From NCBI RefSeq assembly GCF_001194135.2, contig NC_068989.1, positions 77,881,955 through 77,945,954 of the forward strand: a stretch of 64,000 nucleotides of DNA. Direction: 5' to 3'. The translations under genes were made by a program, and so were the position numbers. Of this stretch, positions 12,320-24,519 are shown piece after piece. The DNA is from Octopus bimaculoides. Its lineage: Eukaryota. Position 1 is the first letter of the stretch; each line of letters opens with the position of its first letter. The notes under the pieces are model-generated. The model was not told where the DNA came from. It did not search any database and worked only from the letters and a program-made list of their open reading frames with translations.

Positions 12320-12493
12320 CTTACGACGGGCTTTCAGTTTCTGTCTTACAAATTCAAATCCACTCACAAGGTTTTGGTCGGCACGGAGCTATAGTAGAAG
12401 ACACTTGACCAAGGTGATATGCAGTTGGACTGAACTCAGAACGATGTGGTTGGGAAGCAAGCTTCTTAACACACAGCCACGACTGCGCCTAAT
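12320..12493 (-). mobile_element. SINE family 2, 5' half (tRNA-like head)
   Basis: ACGACGGGCTTTCAGTTTC...AAATCCACTCACAAGG...AGTAGAAGACACTTG.CCAAGGTG...CACACAGCCAC is the reverse complement of 61059-61220. Confidence 0.85.
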
Positions 12494-13034
12494 AACTGAC
12501 ATAAATAAGAAATTTAGAAGAGATTCACTATGAATGAAATAAGATTAATAATGTAAACACAATATTTCAGTACAAATGATGAGCAGAAATAAAGTAGTTG
12601 GGAATCTGTTGATTTATGATTTGTTGACTGCTCCTCAGAGATGACGTATATAACAAACTGTTTATCATATATTTTGCAAATGGCACTCCCAGTAACAAAT
12701 AAAACTACCAGCGATACTTTTAAGACAAATTAGGCTTGTAAAAAGAAATTTATAATCTTCTTAAATGTATTCAATGAACTTCGTCTTACTCTTTGAATAG
12801 TTTCATGCATATAAAGGAAAAGAAACATTGATATTATATATATATAAACATTANNNNNNNNNNNNNNNNNNNNNNNNNNNNNNNNNNNNNNNNNNNNNNN
12901 NNNNNNNNNNNNNNNNNNNNNNNNNNNNNNNNNNNNNNNNNNNNNNNNNNNNNNNNNNNNNNNNNNNNNNNNNNNNNNNNNNNNNNNNNNNNNNNNNNNN
13001 NNNNNNNNNNNNNNNNNNNNNNNNNNNNNNNNNN

Positions 13035-13075
<41 letters not shown>

Positions 13076-13189
13076 GTGTGTGTGTGTATGTATATATATA
13101 TGTATATATATATATACATTACTCTTTTAATCTTTTACTAGTTCCATCTATGCGGCTGCGGTCATGCTGGGTCACCACCGTGGTTTTCC

Positions 13190-14620
13190 TGATTTCCTGA
13201 GTCTGGGTGTTTCACATCACCACTCCTGTATGTTCCTCTGTCACAGCTGTTGAAACATTTGGTGTATAATGGAGTTTGATTCCGTTCTCCTCGTCTGCAC
13301 CTCATATCAGGCTCTTGGTTCATCCCGTATTATGGAAAGGCGGATGTCTAGTTCCTTTTTGAAGACATCTACTTCCACCTTATACAGATTTTTTTTAAAT
13401 GTTTGTGACAAGGCATTGAAGAGCTGTTGGCCTTTGATCCCTAGATTATTGCAGTGCGTGGTTGTAAATTTAGATAGAGTCGATGGTACTATAAATTGAC
13501 AGCCACTTCTGGCATCTGTATAAAATGCCGAAATTAGGTACTAGCTCTTGTAGAGTTGTCTATATGTAGATTATTACATAGCTGTCGCGCCTTTGCTCCA
13601 GGGGTGAAACTTGCAGTTTTCTCAGCCTAGCCCGTAGCCTATCCACTGCACTGTTTCAATCGTTTTAGTGTAGTGGTGTTGGGCTCCTTCAAGCACTGCT
13701 GTTAGTTTGGCACTATGTGGTGACCATAACTCGGAGAAGTAGTCCAGGCGGCTGAGAACAAAGGTTCTCCTCAGGGTCAACACAGTTTGTTGGCCTATTG
13801 TCTTGAAGGACCTCAGTATCCATCCTACCGTCGACTGCACTATGCTACCATCTTGTTGATGTGCATATAAAATGATGTGTCATTGCACATACTGATCTCC
13901 AATTCTTTCATTGCTTATGACTCTGCAATTGTAGTGCTTTCGGGTTCTGTATATGCGGGCTGTAGAGCATTCGTGTATTAGTAGCGCAGTGATGGAAATT
14001 TTCTAGCATTAAACTGCAAGTTATTTATTTCGGCCCCTCTTGTATAGCGAATTCAGATCCCGCTCTGAATCTGCGACGTCATCTTCATTTTTTTTATTGC
14101 CTGTAATAATGTTGCATCATCAGCACAGCTAGTGACTGTCTGAGTGAGCGTGGACATGTTTAACAATGCTATTATGAACAGTAAGTGCTGTATATGTGTT
14201 TTTTCTTTCATATCAAAGGAATAAGTGAGATACACTTTTCATTATTCGTAGTTATTCCACTTAGCGGATATTGATTTATACAGTTCTCTGATTTAGAAGC
14301 GGAACAATCACTTGATGAGCATGGGTCGTGCATAAAGAGGAAAGTGAAGCTGTATTTGGTTATTCGTTGTTTGTAGCGAGTTTTATTTCTATTGCGGAGA
14401 GCCTAATTTGAGGGAGTTTGTATGCGTTGTCTATTGTGAGTTTGATACTCTAGTGGATGGAAGTAGCTATACACAGCATACTTTTTAAGGTACTGTGCTG
14501 TAGCTCTTGGATATTGTCCATCTGAAAGGGAGTTTTCCCCAAGTTTTATGTTGTTTACACATCGGCTGTACATAATTAAGCTGGAGTACTTGTCTTCCAA
14601 ATATGAAGAGGTTAGCCTTT
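13190..14620 (-). mobile_element. decayed CR1/L2-superfamily LINE, RT and 3' region
   Basis: VTSCADDATL (YADD-like), GWILRSFKT..., TFVLSRLDYFSELWSP; same family as 35791-36035. Confidence 0.85.
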
Positions 14621-14639
14621 AAGAGCAGGTCTTTATGTG

Positions 14640-15200
14640 GAATGTTATCAATGGAATCCCTGAAATAAAGCTATATTTATTAGAAATTATTAACATTCAA
14701 CTGTTTCAACAACTTGGTTGTATATGATAAAGATCCTAGTAATCTATATGGAATATGGTGTTAACGTAGACTGGCACTCGAATAGATATTGTTGATACAT
14801 ATATTTTATTAAAGGCAAAATGAAGGTAGTAATTTAAAGCATAAATAAAGCTAGTAATTTAAAACATAAGGAAAACCCGACTGGAAAAGTGTTTTCATAT
14901 CATCAGCCACACAGAAGTCATACAAGTTGCGAAAAATAAGATGAGTTTACTGCATTCATGTTTGAAATAATCACATTTCTTGGCTAATATCAATTTTATC
15001 GAGCTAACATTTATACGATAATCTCTTTAAGTAGTTCAGTGATTTATTAGGTTTATAATTGTGTCTAGTGTTCCAAATATGAAGTGAATAAGAAACAAAT
15101 CCTACTTTTGATTGACCGCCAGATTATCAGCGACTGCTTACAAATCTAGTGAATTATGCCACTTAGAATAGAACTATACACAGTCTTAAAAGATATGGTG
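14640..15200 (+). pseudogene. possible decayed LRR segment
   Basis: EVIQVAKNKMSLL and NVINGIPEI resemble LRR motifs and the VIQLHNTRLFII at 19725; weak. Confidence 0.25.
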
Positions 15201-15390
15201 TGAGTGTGAGTATTTGACAGAAACTTAAGTCCCCACTTCGTACAAAAGGACTGTAATAATTTGGTCATTTTGATATTGTAGACACTTACGATCTTGTATA
15301 TTTAAATTAACAAGCTGCTCCTATAGAAAACCTGCTGATGTTTTGAGTACTATAGCGTTCGTTGAACTTTATAGCTAAAGGCACATTAAA

Positions 15391-15519
15391 TGTGGAAGTG
15401 CATAGGCTCGAAACGTTAAAGGCTTCTTCACTTCCTGAGCGTTAAACTAATACATCTGTTTGCTGTCTACACCATCTGTCTTCGTCTTTTGTTTTTTTTG
15501 TGAATTCTCCTACACACAC

Positions 15520-15557
<38 letters not shown>

Positions 15558-15707
15558 ACAAACACACACACATATATCTATATGGTGAGAATTTACGAAA
15601 AAAAAACTAAAACTCAAAACACGAAGATGTGTGTGTAAACAACGAATAGATGTGTTAGTTTAACGCTCAGGAAGTGAGAAAGTCTTTCACGATTCGAGCC
15701 TACACTT
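15391..15707. mobile_element. Penelope-like/foldback element: inverted repeat of about 120 bp around a (CA)n spacer
   Basis: 15391-15510 (GGCTCGAAACG...CACTTCCTGAGCGTTAAACTAA.ACATCT) is inverted at 15584-15707 (AGATGTGTTAGTTTAACGCTCAGGAAGTG...CGAGCC). Confidence 0.7.
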
Positions 15708-16711
15708 ATATTAAAAGTTAGTAATTTTTTTGTGAAGCATTTGAGTTTAGAAATAGCGCAATATCTACACCGACAGAGATGCGTCATTGTCTCGAATCTG
15801 CAGTTAATGAATAAAACATCACTAATCCTTTATTTCTTGNNNNNNNNNNNNNNNNNNNNNNNNNNNNNNNNNNNNNNNNNNNNNNNNNNNNNNNNNNNNN
15901 NNNNNNNNNNNNNNNNNNNNNNNNNNNNNNNNNNNNNNNNNNNNNNNNNNNNNNNNNNNNNNNNNNNNNNNNNNNNNNNNNNNNNNNNNNNNNNNNNNNN
16001 NNNNNNNNNNNNNNNNNNNNNNNNNNNNNNNNNNNNNNNNNNNNNNNNNNNNNNNNNNNNNNNNNNNNNNNNNNNNNNNNNNNNNNNNNNNNNNNNNNNN
16101 NNNNNNNNNNNNNNNNNNNNNNNNNNNNNNNNNNNNNNNNNNNNNNNNNNNNNNNNNNNNNNNNNNNNNNNNNNNNNNNNNNNNNNNNNNNNNNNNNNNN
16201 NNNNNNNNNNNNNNNNNNNNNNNNNNNNNNNNNNNNNNNNNNNNNNNNNNNNNNNNNNNNNNNNNNNNNNNNNNNNNNNNNNNNNNNNNNNNNNNNNNNN
16301 NNNNNNNNNNNNNNNNNNNNNNNNNNNNNNNNNNNNNNNNNNNNNNNNNNNNNNNNNNNNNNNNNNNNNNNNNNNNNNNNNNNNNNNNNNNNNNNNNNNN
16401 NNNNNNNNNNNNNNNNNNNNNNNNNNNNNNNNNNNNNNNNNNNNNNNNNNNNNNNNNNNNNNNNNNNNNNNNNNNNNNNNNNNNNNNNNNNNNNNNNNNN
16501 NNNNNNNNNNNNNNNNNNNNNNNNNNNNNNNNNNNNNNNNNNNNNNNNNNNNNNNNNNNNNNNNNNNNNNNNNNNNNNNNNNNNNNNNNNNNNNNNNNNN
16601 NNNNNNNNNNNNNNNNNNNNNNNNNNNNNNNNNNNNNNNNNNNNNNNNNNNNNNNNNNNNNNNNNNNNNNNNNNNNNNNNNNNNNNNNNNNNNNNNNNNN
16701 NNNNNNNNNNN

Positions 16712-17000
16712 CAGATGGTGTAGACAGCAAACAGATGTATTGGTTTAACGATCAGGAGGTGAAGAAGCCTTTAACGTTTCGAGCCTATGCACTTCCACAG
16801 AAAGGAACGCAAAACGATACAAAAAGAGAAAATAAAGGATGTGTAGTGGCTATCATGGTGAATGCCGGACAGAGCTGTCACAGAGGAGAGCTAGGAAGAA
16901 GGGGAGATAATGTAGTAGTGGTGATCCTAAAACGTAGATGCGCGTGTGTGCATGTGTAGGTGTGTGATGTGGGGTTGGGAAGTGGTCTGTGTTAGTGTGT
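16712..17000 (-). mobile_element. third copy of the same terminal repeat plus flanking body
   Basis: 16712-16800 is a close reverse complement of 15391-15480. Confidence 0.7.
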
Positions 17001-17057
17001 GTGAAGGTGGTGTGATAACGACTGAGGCAAGTAAAAGAGTAAAAGAATATATATGCA

Positions 17058-17141
<84 letters not shown>

Positions 17142-17345
17142 GACAGGATACAGACAGGACACAGATGTGTGTCGATAGCCAGCTGGAGGAGATGTCCTCC
17201 TGGGGCTAAACGCATCAGTAACATCCACCCCTCGGGGTCAGCCACATTTAAGTTGCAAATATACTTCACTTTATCGTGCAGTTACTGTTAATACCTCGTT
17301 CAGAGATTTAACATATATATATATACATATACATATATGTAAATT

Positions 17346-17403
17346 GTGCAAGCGCATGGCTCAGTGGCTAGAGCGTCGAGCTTACGATCGTGAGATTGTG
17401 AGC
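17346..17403 (+). mobile_element. tRNA-derived SINE head, family 3 (tRNA-Arg-like)
   Basis: GCAAGCGCATGGCTCAGTGGCTAGAGCGTCGAGCTTACGATCGTGAG: A-box plus anticodon-arm-like segment, truncated before the T arm. Confidence 0.75.
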
Positions 17404-19331
17404 ATCTTTTACCATCTTTTACCATCTTTTGAATATACTTATTTCCTTTTCGATCCTATCACCACTATATATATATCCCAAAATCTACTTCCTCTACACT
17501 CTACTTCACAATAACACCACCACCACATACAGGCTACTTGGTTTCTTTCAACCCCAATTCCACCGTCTGTAAATTGGCTTAGCTATCTTTTAGAATATGA
17601 TACTACTATCTACCTATCCCACTCCTCTCTCCCTTTATTACTGTCCTTGGTTTATCACCCATACCCCCACCACCTATATACTACCTCTGCGCATTCCTTC
17701 CTACTCACTAAACCTTTTAACCTCATCGCCCCCTTCCTCCTTCCCTCACTTTACTCATCCTCTCTATCCAGTCAGATCAACTGACCATAAAAATATACCA
17801 CTGCCATTCTCCACCTGAATCTTTCCTCCATCCTTTTCTCATTCTGTCTTCATGACTTGACCTACTTACCCTACGCACACTTCTCACTTGACTTGGGCAT
17901 CCTTCAAGTAAACACAAGCAAAATACCATCGGACACAATATGGCATATATTCACCTCTGCTATCTCAGCCTTTGCTGCNNNNNNNNNNNNNNNNNNNNNN
18001 NNNNNNNNNNNNNNNNNNNNNNNNNNNNNNNNNNNNNNNNNNNNNNNNNNNNNNNNNNNNNNNNNNNNNNNNNNNNNNNNNNNNNNNNNNNNNNNNNNNN
18101 NNNNNNNNNNNNNNNNNNNNNNNNNNNNNNNNNNNNNNNNNNNNNNNNNNNNNNNNNNNNNNNNNNNNNNNNNNNNNNNNNNNNNNNNNNNNNNNNNNNN
18201 NNNNNNNNNNNNNNNNNNNNNNNNNNNNNNNNNNNNNNNNNNNNNNNNNNNNNNNNNNNNNNNNNNNNNNNNNNNNNNNNNNNNNNNNNNNNNNNNNNNN
18301 NNNNNNNNNNNNNNNNNNNNNNNNNNNNNNNNNNNNNNNNNNNNNNNNNNNNNNNNNNNNNNNNNNNNNNNNNNNNNNNNNNNNNNNNNNNNNNNNNNNN
18401 NNNNNNNNNNNNNNNNNNNNNNNNNNNNNNNNNNNNNNNNNNNNNNNNNNNNNNNNNNNNNNNNNNNNNNNNNNNNNNNNNNNNNNNNNNNNNNNNNNNN
18501 NNNNNNNNNNNNNNNNNNNNNNNNNNNNNNNNNNNNNNNNNNNNNNNNNNNNNNNNNNNNNNNNNNNNNNNNNNNNNNNNNNNNNNNNNNNNNNNNNNNN
18601 NNNNNNNNNNNNNNNNNNNNNNNNNNNNNNNNNNNNNNNNNNNNNNNNNNNNNNNNNNNNNNNNNNNNNNNNNNNNNNNNNNNNNNNNNNNNNNNNNNNN
18701 NNNNNNNNNNNNNNNNNNNNNNNNNNNNNNNNNNNNNNNNNNNNNNNNNNNNNNNNNNNNNNNNNNNNNNNNTATATATATATATATATAAATATGTATG
18801 TATGTATGTTGATAAATGTAAATATGTATATATTATTTGCCACACATATACTACAAATACCCCTTGCAAATTCGCTGCTAGTTTGCTGTTTAGTGCGGCA
18901 GAAGCGACATCCTCAAAGCGTTGGGTGTTAATTGTTTTGACACGTCATTACCATATGCTAATTGCTGAACGTTACATATATTACACGAAATATCGTATTA
19001 CTACGATTCAATAATAGGTGTATACATGTGCATTCTCGAGTAACCAGTGTCAATGTATACAGGTATGTATACAGCTATTGTTGAGTCGTAGTAGTACAAT
19101 ATTGCAACAGTTGCCAATGATGTATTGAAAGAGATGTAGTGAATTGTAACAAAGCCTGTTCAATGTAACATGTACTCGTTGTTTTTTTTTATACACTACA
19201 TTAATGTATAGATTTTACCATGTATATCTGTATATCCAGTAACATGAGAATTCCTACTCTTTAATAACATTTGGTAGACAATAACCGGAGAGGAGATTTG
19301 CAAATCACATTACACATTATTAATAATTCAG

Positions 19332-19384
<53 letters not shown>

Positions 19385-19689
19385 TCATTTATTTATATAT
19401 ATATGTATGTGTGTGTGTCTATAAACTGAAGCTTTTGGCGTCATAAAAACAAAGGAAGAAATTGGATATGAAGGAAAAGGAAGTGTAGATTTTAAGGACA
19501 TGGAAGAAAATGGGTTTGCGAACTTATCTATATTTGTCAATGCATTATATATATCAGAAATATCTAGGGAATTAGATTACGTGTCTAGAAGGAAAATATA
19601 TATAAAATATGCGTGAAACGGCATTAAATATTTATGGGAAATTGAACGTGTTTCAAGTAATGCATGTTATATCAGAAAGTAAAACAAAT

Positions 19690-21830
19690 GAAACTCAAAA
19701 GAAGAACACAGTTAAGACAGAATGTTATACAATTGCATAATACGCGATTGTTTATAATCGTTTCATGGATAGATATGTGAGAATATGTTAGTAGGACGCG
19801 TGAGTGTATGTGTAGATCTATGCAGGTATATTTATTATGTGTACGTATGTGTACATTCGTATACATACGTAAGGCATATATACATAAGTGAGGCATATAC
19901 ATATAGTTGTGGCCAAAAATTTTGAACATGGGTCTAAAAATTAGAATTTTAATATTAAATGCCCAAATATATGCGTTGTATGTATATTCGAATCCAAATG
20001 TCTTGAAACTTGAGCATAACAATTTTAATTTAAAAACAATTCTTCTAAACTTTTGGCCACGACTGCGCGTGAAGTTATCTATGAATATATGTGTAAAAAA
20101 TATCAATCATCGGAAATTCATAAAAAAAGATAATGTCTCAGAGTTGTAGATTTCTAACAAATTATGAATAAAAATGAAATGACATTCAAAATATAAATGT
20201 AAAATGTTTTGTCTGTGACTGTTACTGACAATATAAGTGTTATATTTCCAGTCGGCAACATGCATACCTTTTAGAAGTAATTTCTTTGATGGTTAGAAGT
20301 AGAGCCTTAAAGTTCAATAAATCATCTTACTACAATAAAATATTTTATTTTTCAAAATGTATAGACGAAGCACGGGAATATTTTGATGCACGGCAGCGGA
20401 GCTTCTGTGACTGATCAATTGATTTTCAAAGTCCAATATTTCAAATAACTGACATACTTGGAAATTCTGTTGATACTTCTTCCTTGCTGTCCTCTTTATA
20501 AATAACTATGCTAGTTGTACTGATTATACGCCACCATATCGTCCAGTGATAATTCCGTTTATAATGAAATATTTATAAATGACATGCGAAAAGTAATACA
20601 GTGCAAAATAAACTGTATAAGTCAAGAATTTATATCAATAATATTATTAAAATCGGAAAACAATAAAAGATTTTCTCTGACTTATTTTGTTTTCAGGCAA
20701 TAAAAACCATCTGTCGCACATTATCAGCACCGTGGCCTAGACATAGCATTGTTGATGTCATGCTATGAAAAGATTCTTTATAATTGAAAATATTTAATAT
20801 TAAATAGAAAAGTGTTATTGTGGTTTGAGAATAAAGTTGTTAGTGACCAGGTCGTAGTTTCAAGCGACGGAAATTTTGACTCTCCGTCGCAAATAATAAA
20901 TGTTTAAATGAAGTTAACAGTCCTTGTGTGTGTTCTGATTGGCTAACATGTGTCTTCTACGCTGTAAAATTTTTACTATCATCACACGGTCTCAGATCAA
21001 ATAATATAACCTCGATGGTATCATTTGAGTATAGAAAGTTATACTAAAATCTACAGGTAGTTGTACATCAAAAGAATCACTCTATATGCATGGAAACATA
21101 TTGATCAATATAAATACGCGCAGTATTGGTTTAATCACCGCAGTTTAGCATGCTTCTGATTAATGAATGCCAGCTTGATAAAGCTTAATACACGCTCGCA
21201 ATTAATAATCGCTTTTAGAATATGTGAATGAACGGCAGTTCTTAGAGGACCATGAAACACTGTTTCGTTATCTGTAATTAATAATGCATAATCACGCAGA
21301 AACACGTGTTTTATAGCTGGATATCACTGATAGTCCAGTATGATGTGTTTCTACCCACAGAGTACAAAGGATAATTTCATTCGCGAAACTTTTACTGCAA
21401 CAAAGATCTGTCAATATTTTTTTAAGGTAGCGAGAGCTGGCAGAAACGTTAAGCACGCCGAGCGAAATGCTTAGCGGTATTTTGCCTGTCTTTACGTTCT
21501 GAGTTCAAATTCCGCCGCGATCGATTTTGCCTTTCATCTTTTCGGGGTCAATAAATTAAGTACCAGTTGTGTATTGGATTCGATCTAATCAACTAGCCCC
21601 TCCCCCAAAATTTCGGGCCTTGTGCCTACAGTAGAAAAGAAAGATCTTTCAATGTTTGGTGGTACAATAGTGTTTTAAATGTGATTGTCCAGTCATGGCT
21701 GTTTAACGTGCTTTGTTGAATTCCAGTTTAACAAAGTTTATCAGGTGTTTTTATATAAGCAGAGCTGTTCTTAATAATAGACCATGAACGATTGATTCGG
21801 TACATATTACAGTCTGATGACGTCACTTAT
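19690..21830 (+). pseudogene. decayed LRR-LRRCT (TLR-like) gene, interrupted by a SINE
   Basis: VIQLHNTRLFII; ORF 19907-20149 with NVLKLEHNNF and RLRVKLSMN; FSGNKNHLSHI; LRRCT-like NSPCVCSDWL...CTSKESLYMHGNILINI (20916-21115); second LDITDSPV*C...C*IPV*QSLSGVFI (21317-21755). Confidence 0.6.
21426..21640 (+). mobile_element. SINE family 1, full length with target-site duplication
   Basis: Best-preserved copy. Flanks AAAGATCTGTCAATATTT (21402-21419) and AAAGATCTTTCAATGTTT (21640-21657) match at 16/18. Confidence 0.95.
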
Positions 21831-22429
21831 AACCTACTTCATTGTTGTTCCATGCATGAGGTTTATCAATAAGTTTTTTTCATCAGAGACAGTTATTGGT
21901 GCTAAGGTTTCTTTTTTCTAGCTGTGACTGCACACGAATGATGTAAATATATATATGCATAGATCTATTTTAATCATCGCCAATTACCGCATTTCCAATT
22001 ATTTAATTCCATAGTAGTAATTTGCAAAGTTAGCCACTAATAAATTTCTCTACACAAAATTTTACCACCAAAAGAGAGTATTAAATTTTCTGAGACGAAA
22101 GTGTATAAATGTTTTATAACAAATATTACCACATTTTTCGCTTCATCTTTCAAATATATATATGCTCCAGAAGGAAGCGTTAGTCGAGTCCAGAGTGATG
22201 TTAAGAAAATAATATGACGAAAGAATATACGTTTATCTTATGGACTTCATTAACTTAGAACAGCTGTTTCTACTAGAAGATGCAGTGGACTAATAGTTGA
22301 GTGCTTGAGTTACACATTATAGCTTCATAGTCCAGGTTCTGATGAAGCTATACTATCTGAAGTGAGGCATGGCGAGGAATTTAATAAGTATTTCTCGAGA
22401 AGGAATTAGAAAATAAGTGGTGGAGACGA

Positions 22430-22960
22430 AAAAAAACCAAACGATTGAACAACAAAGTAGTAAATAGGGTAAAAAAATGCAATTATGCAAACCATTATGC
22501 TGGAAGTGTGCTGAATAATAACTTCAATGGAGCTGTAACTCATTCAGTAGTGGTCACGCATGCCGAAAAAACTGTTTTATGGTGAGCTTGCAGAGGGGAA
22601 ACGCTAACGGTGTAAACCAAGAAAAAGGTTTAAGGACGGCTTAAGGACTAATGGTTCCAGTAGTTATAGAAACCTTTGCTTCGGATGGAGTTGGAGGGCG
22701 AACAAAGGTGTGGAGTGGAGTGAAAACATTTGAAGAGGTCAGAATAATGCAAGTAGGACTAAAAAAAGCTTTCTAAGGAAGAATGTAACGACCGAGAAGG
22801 CGAATGACAATGACGTCTTTGTGTGCACAGTCTGTAACAGACTATGACTGTCTTTTGCTGGCCTCCGAACGCATGGAAAACGAACCTCCACCAACTATTC
22901 TACCTACATGTCTGTGCACACTTTTGAATGCAGTGTATGCCAGTAGGTTTGCAAATCCAA
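22430..22960 (+). mobile_element. RTE-clade LINE 3' fragment
   Basis: 22560 onward reads MPKKLFYGELAEGKR*RCKPRKRFKDGLR, the characteristic RTE C-terminal motif. Confidence 0.85.
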
Positions 22961-23163
22961 CGGAGGCCTCAAAAGAAAGTTTAAGATCCACAAAAAGCAG
23001 AACTTTTCTGCAGGTCTTGGCGGTCCAAACCAGAGGTGCAATTTATGTCGGTGTCTTTTCAGAAGATTGTCTGGTTTAAAAAGCCACATCAAACGTCATG
23101 ATGATGCTAAGGTGTAGGTACAGGAGGTGTTCAAACTCTGCATAAGAAATAGACGACCACCAC

Positions 23164-23194
<31 letters not shown>

Positions 23195-23440
23195 TGTATG
23201 TATGTATGTATGAATATATGGCTGGCTGGCTGACTGGGCGGATGTATGAATTATTCTGAATTATAGATATATTTGGATTACATGGAATAGAGTATACTAT
23301 TTCAAAATTGCAATGTTTTGAAGTAACAGATTTCAGGGCGTCACACCACACTGTTCGAAGCTGCTTCCCATATTTCTTTGGATTTTCGATATAAATTGTC
23401 AGATTCATTTTGTCCTTTTTGCTTAAATGCATTTCAATCT
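22960..23440 (-). mobile_element. decayed R4/Hero-type RT fragment
   Basis: VWCDALKSVTSKH resembles WIDYKKAFDSVPH; LWFGPPRPAEKFC resembles GIFQGDSLSPL.FC. Split by (TATG)n. Confidence 0.45.
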
Positions 23441-23520
23441 CGCTTAGACATCAAGTCTTGCACAAGATTAATTGGAAGGACGTTGACATTCAAATACATT
23501 ATTTGCTGATTCTTTTGTTC

Positions 23521-23690
23521 TTTTACTTCTTTTGCTTCTTTCAGTCATTTGCCTGCGGCCATGCTGGAGCAGCGTCTTTAGTAGAACACATCAACACCAA
23601 AACTTATTCTTTGTAAGAATAGTTCTTAATCTATCGTACTCTTTTGCCGAACCGCTAAGTTACTAGGACTTAATCACACCAATATCAGTG
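23521..23690 (-). mobile_element. SINE family 2, 3' half
   Basis: TTTCAGTCATTTG.CTGCGGCCATGCTGGAGCA...TTTTGCCGAACCGCTAAGTTAC. Confidence 0.9.
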
Positions 23691-24519
23691 TAATTTATTA
23701 TATATTGAAACTTCAGCGTAATTAATGATAATGTCTATCACTTGTCAAGTGAAAAATATTGCATGAGACATATTTTGATATTTGGATTCTAATATATAGA
23801 ATGTCATTTATTCAGCTACCATATAATTTGAAGTTAAAGTTTAATTCGTTCTAATATTCATTGGTATTGATTATGCAGTCGACCAATACATTACGATTAA
23901 TGTATGAGAGTATTTATAAAAAATATTCACAGATACATACATGCACAAATACACACACTCACACACATTTACATCATTCATTCACACATACACATAGACA
24001 CACACGCACACCTTTATATATTAATTCATTCATTCATACACACATATATAAATATGGATATATATGTATATAAATACATACATACATATATATATATATN
24101 NNNNNNNNNNNNNNNNNNNNNNNNNNNNNNNNNNNNNNNNNNNNNNNNNNNNNNNNNNNNNNNNNNNNNNNNNNNNNNNNNNNNNNNNNNATATATGTGT
24201 GTGTGTGTGTGTGTGTGCGTGTGTGTATGTATGTATATATATATATATGCAAGTAAACATACACATTTAAACTGCATGGTTGCCGGTGAAATAATGAAGA
24301 AAGGGAGTAGACGTATTTAATAAGAGTGAATTTTTTTTATTGATTATAATGGAATGATGCGAAATAAAAAAAATTAAACCGTCTATTGAGGCTATAATCG
24401 TTTTGACTGTAGGTTTATGGAGTTAGGCCTGGCTTGGGACTGAAACAGAAACCTATATTCTCCCCTGTCTTTAGTATTAATAAGGCGTTTGGCTCGCACA
24501 TTTTATAGCAGTTTACTTT

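Noticed and set aside
17430-17978. L1/Tx1-like LINE 3' fragment on the minus strand
   Set aside because: Purine-rich and coding-like, but I could not recover a diagnostic motif.
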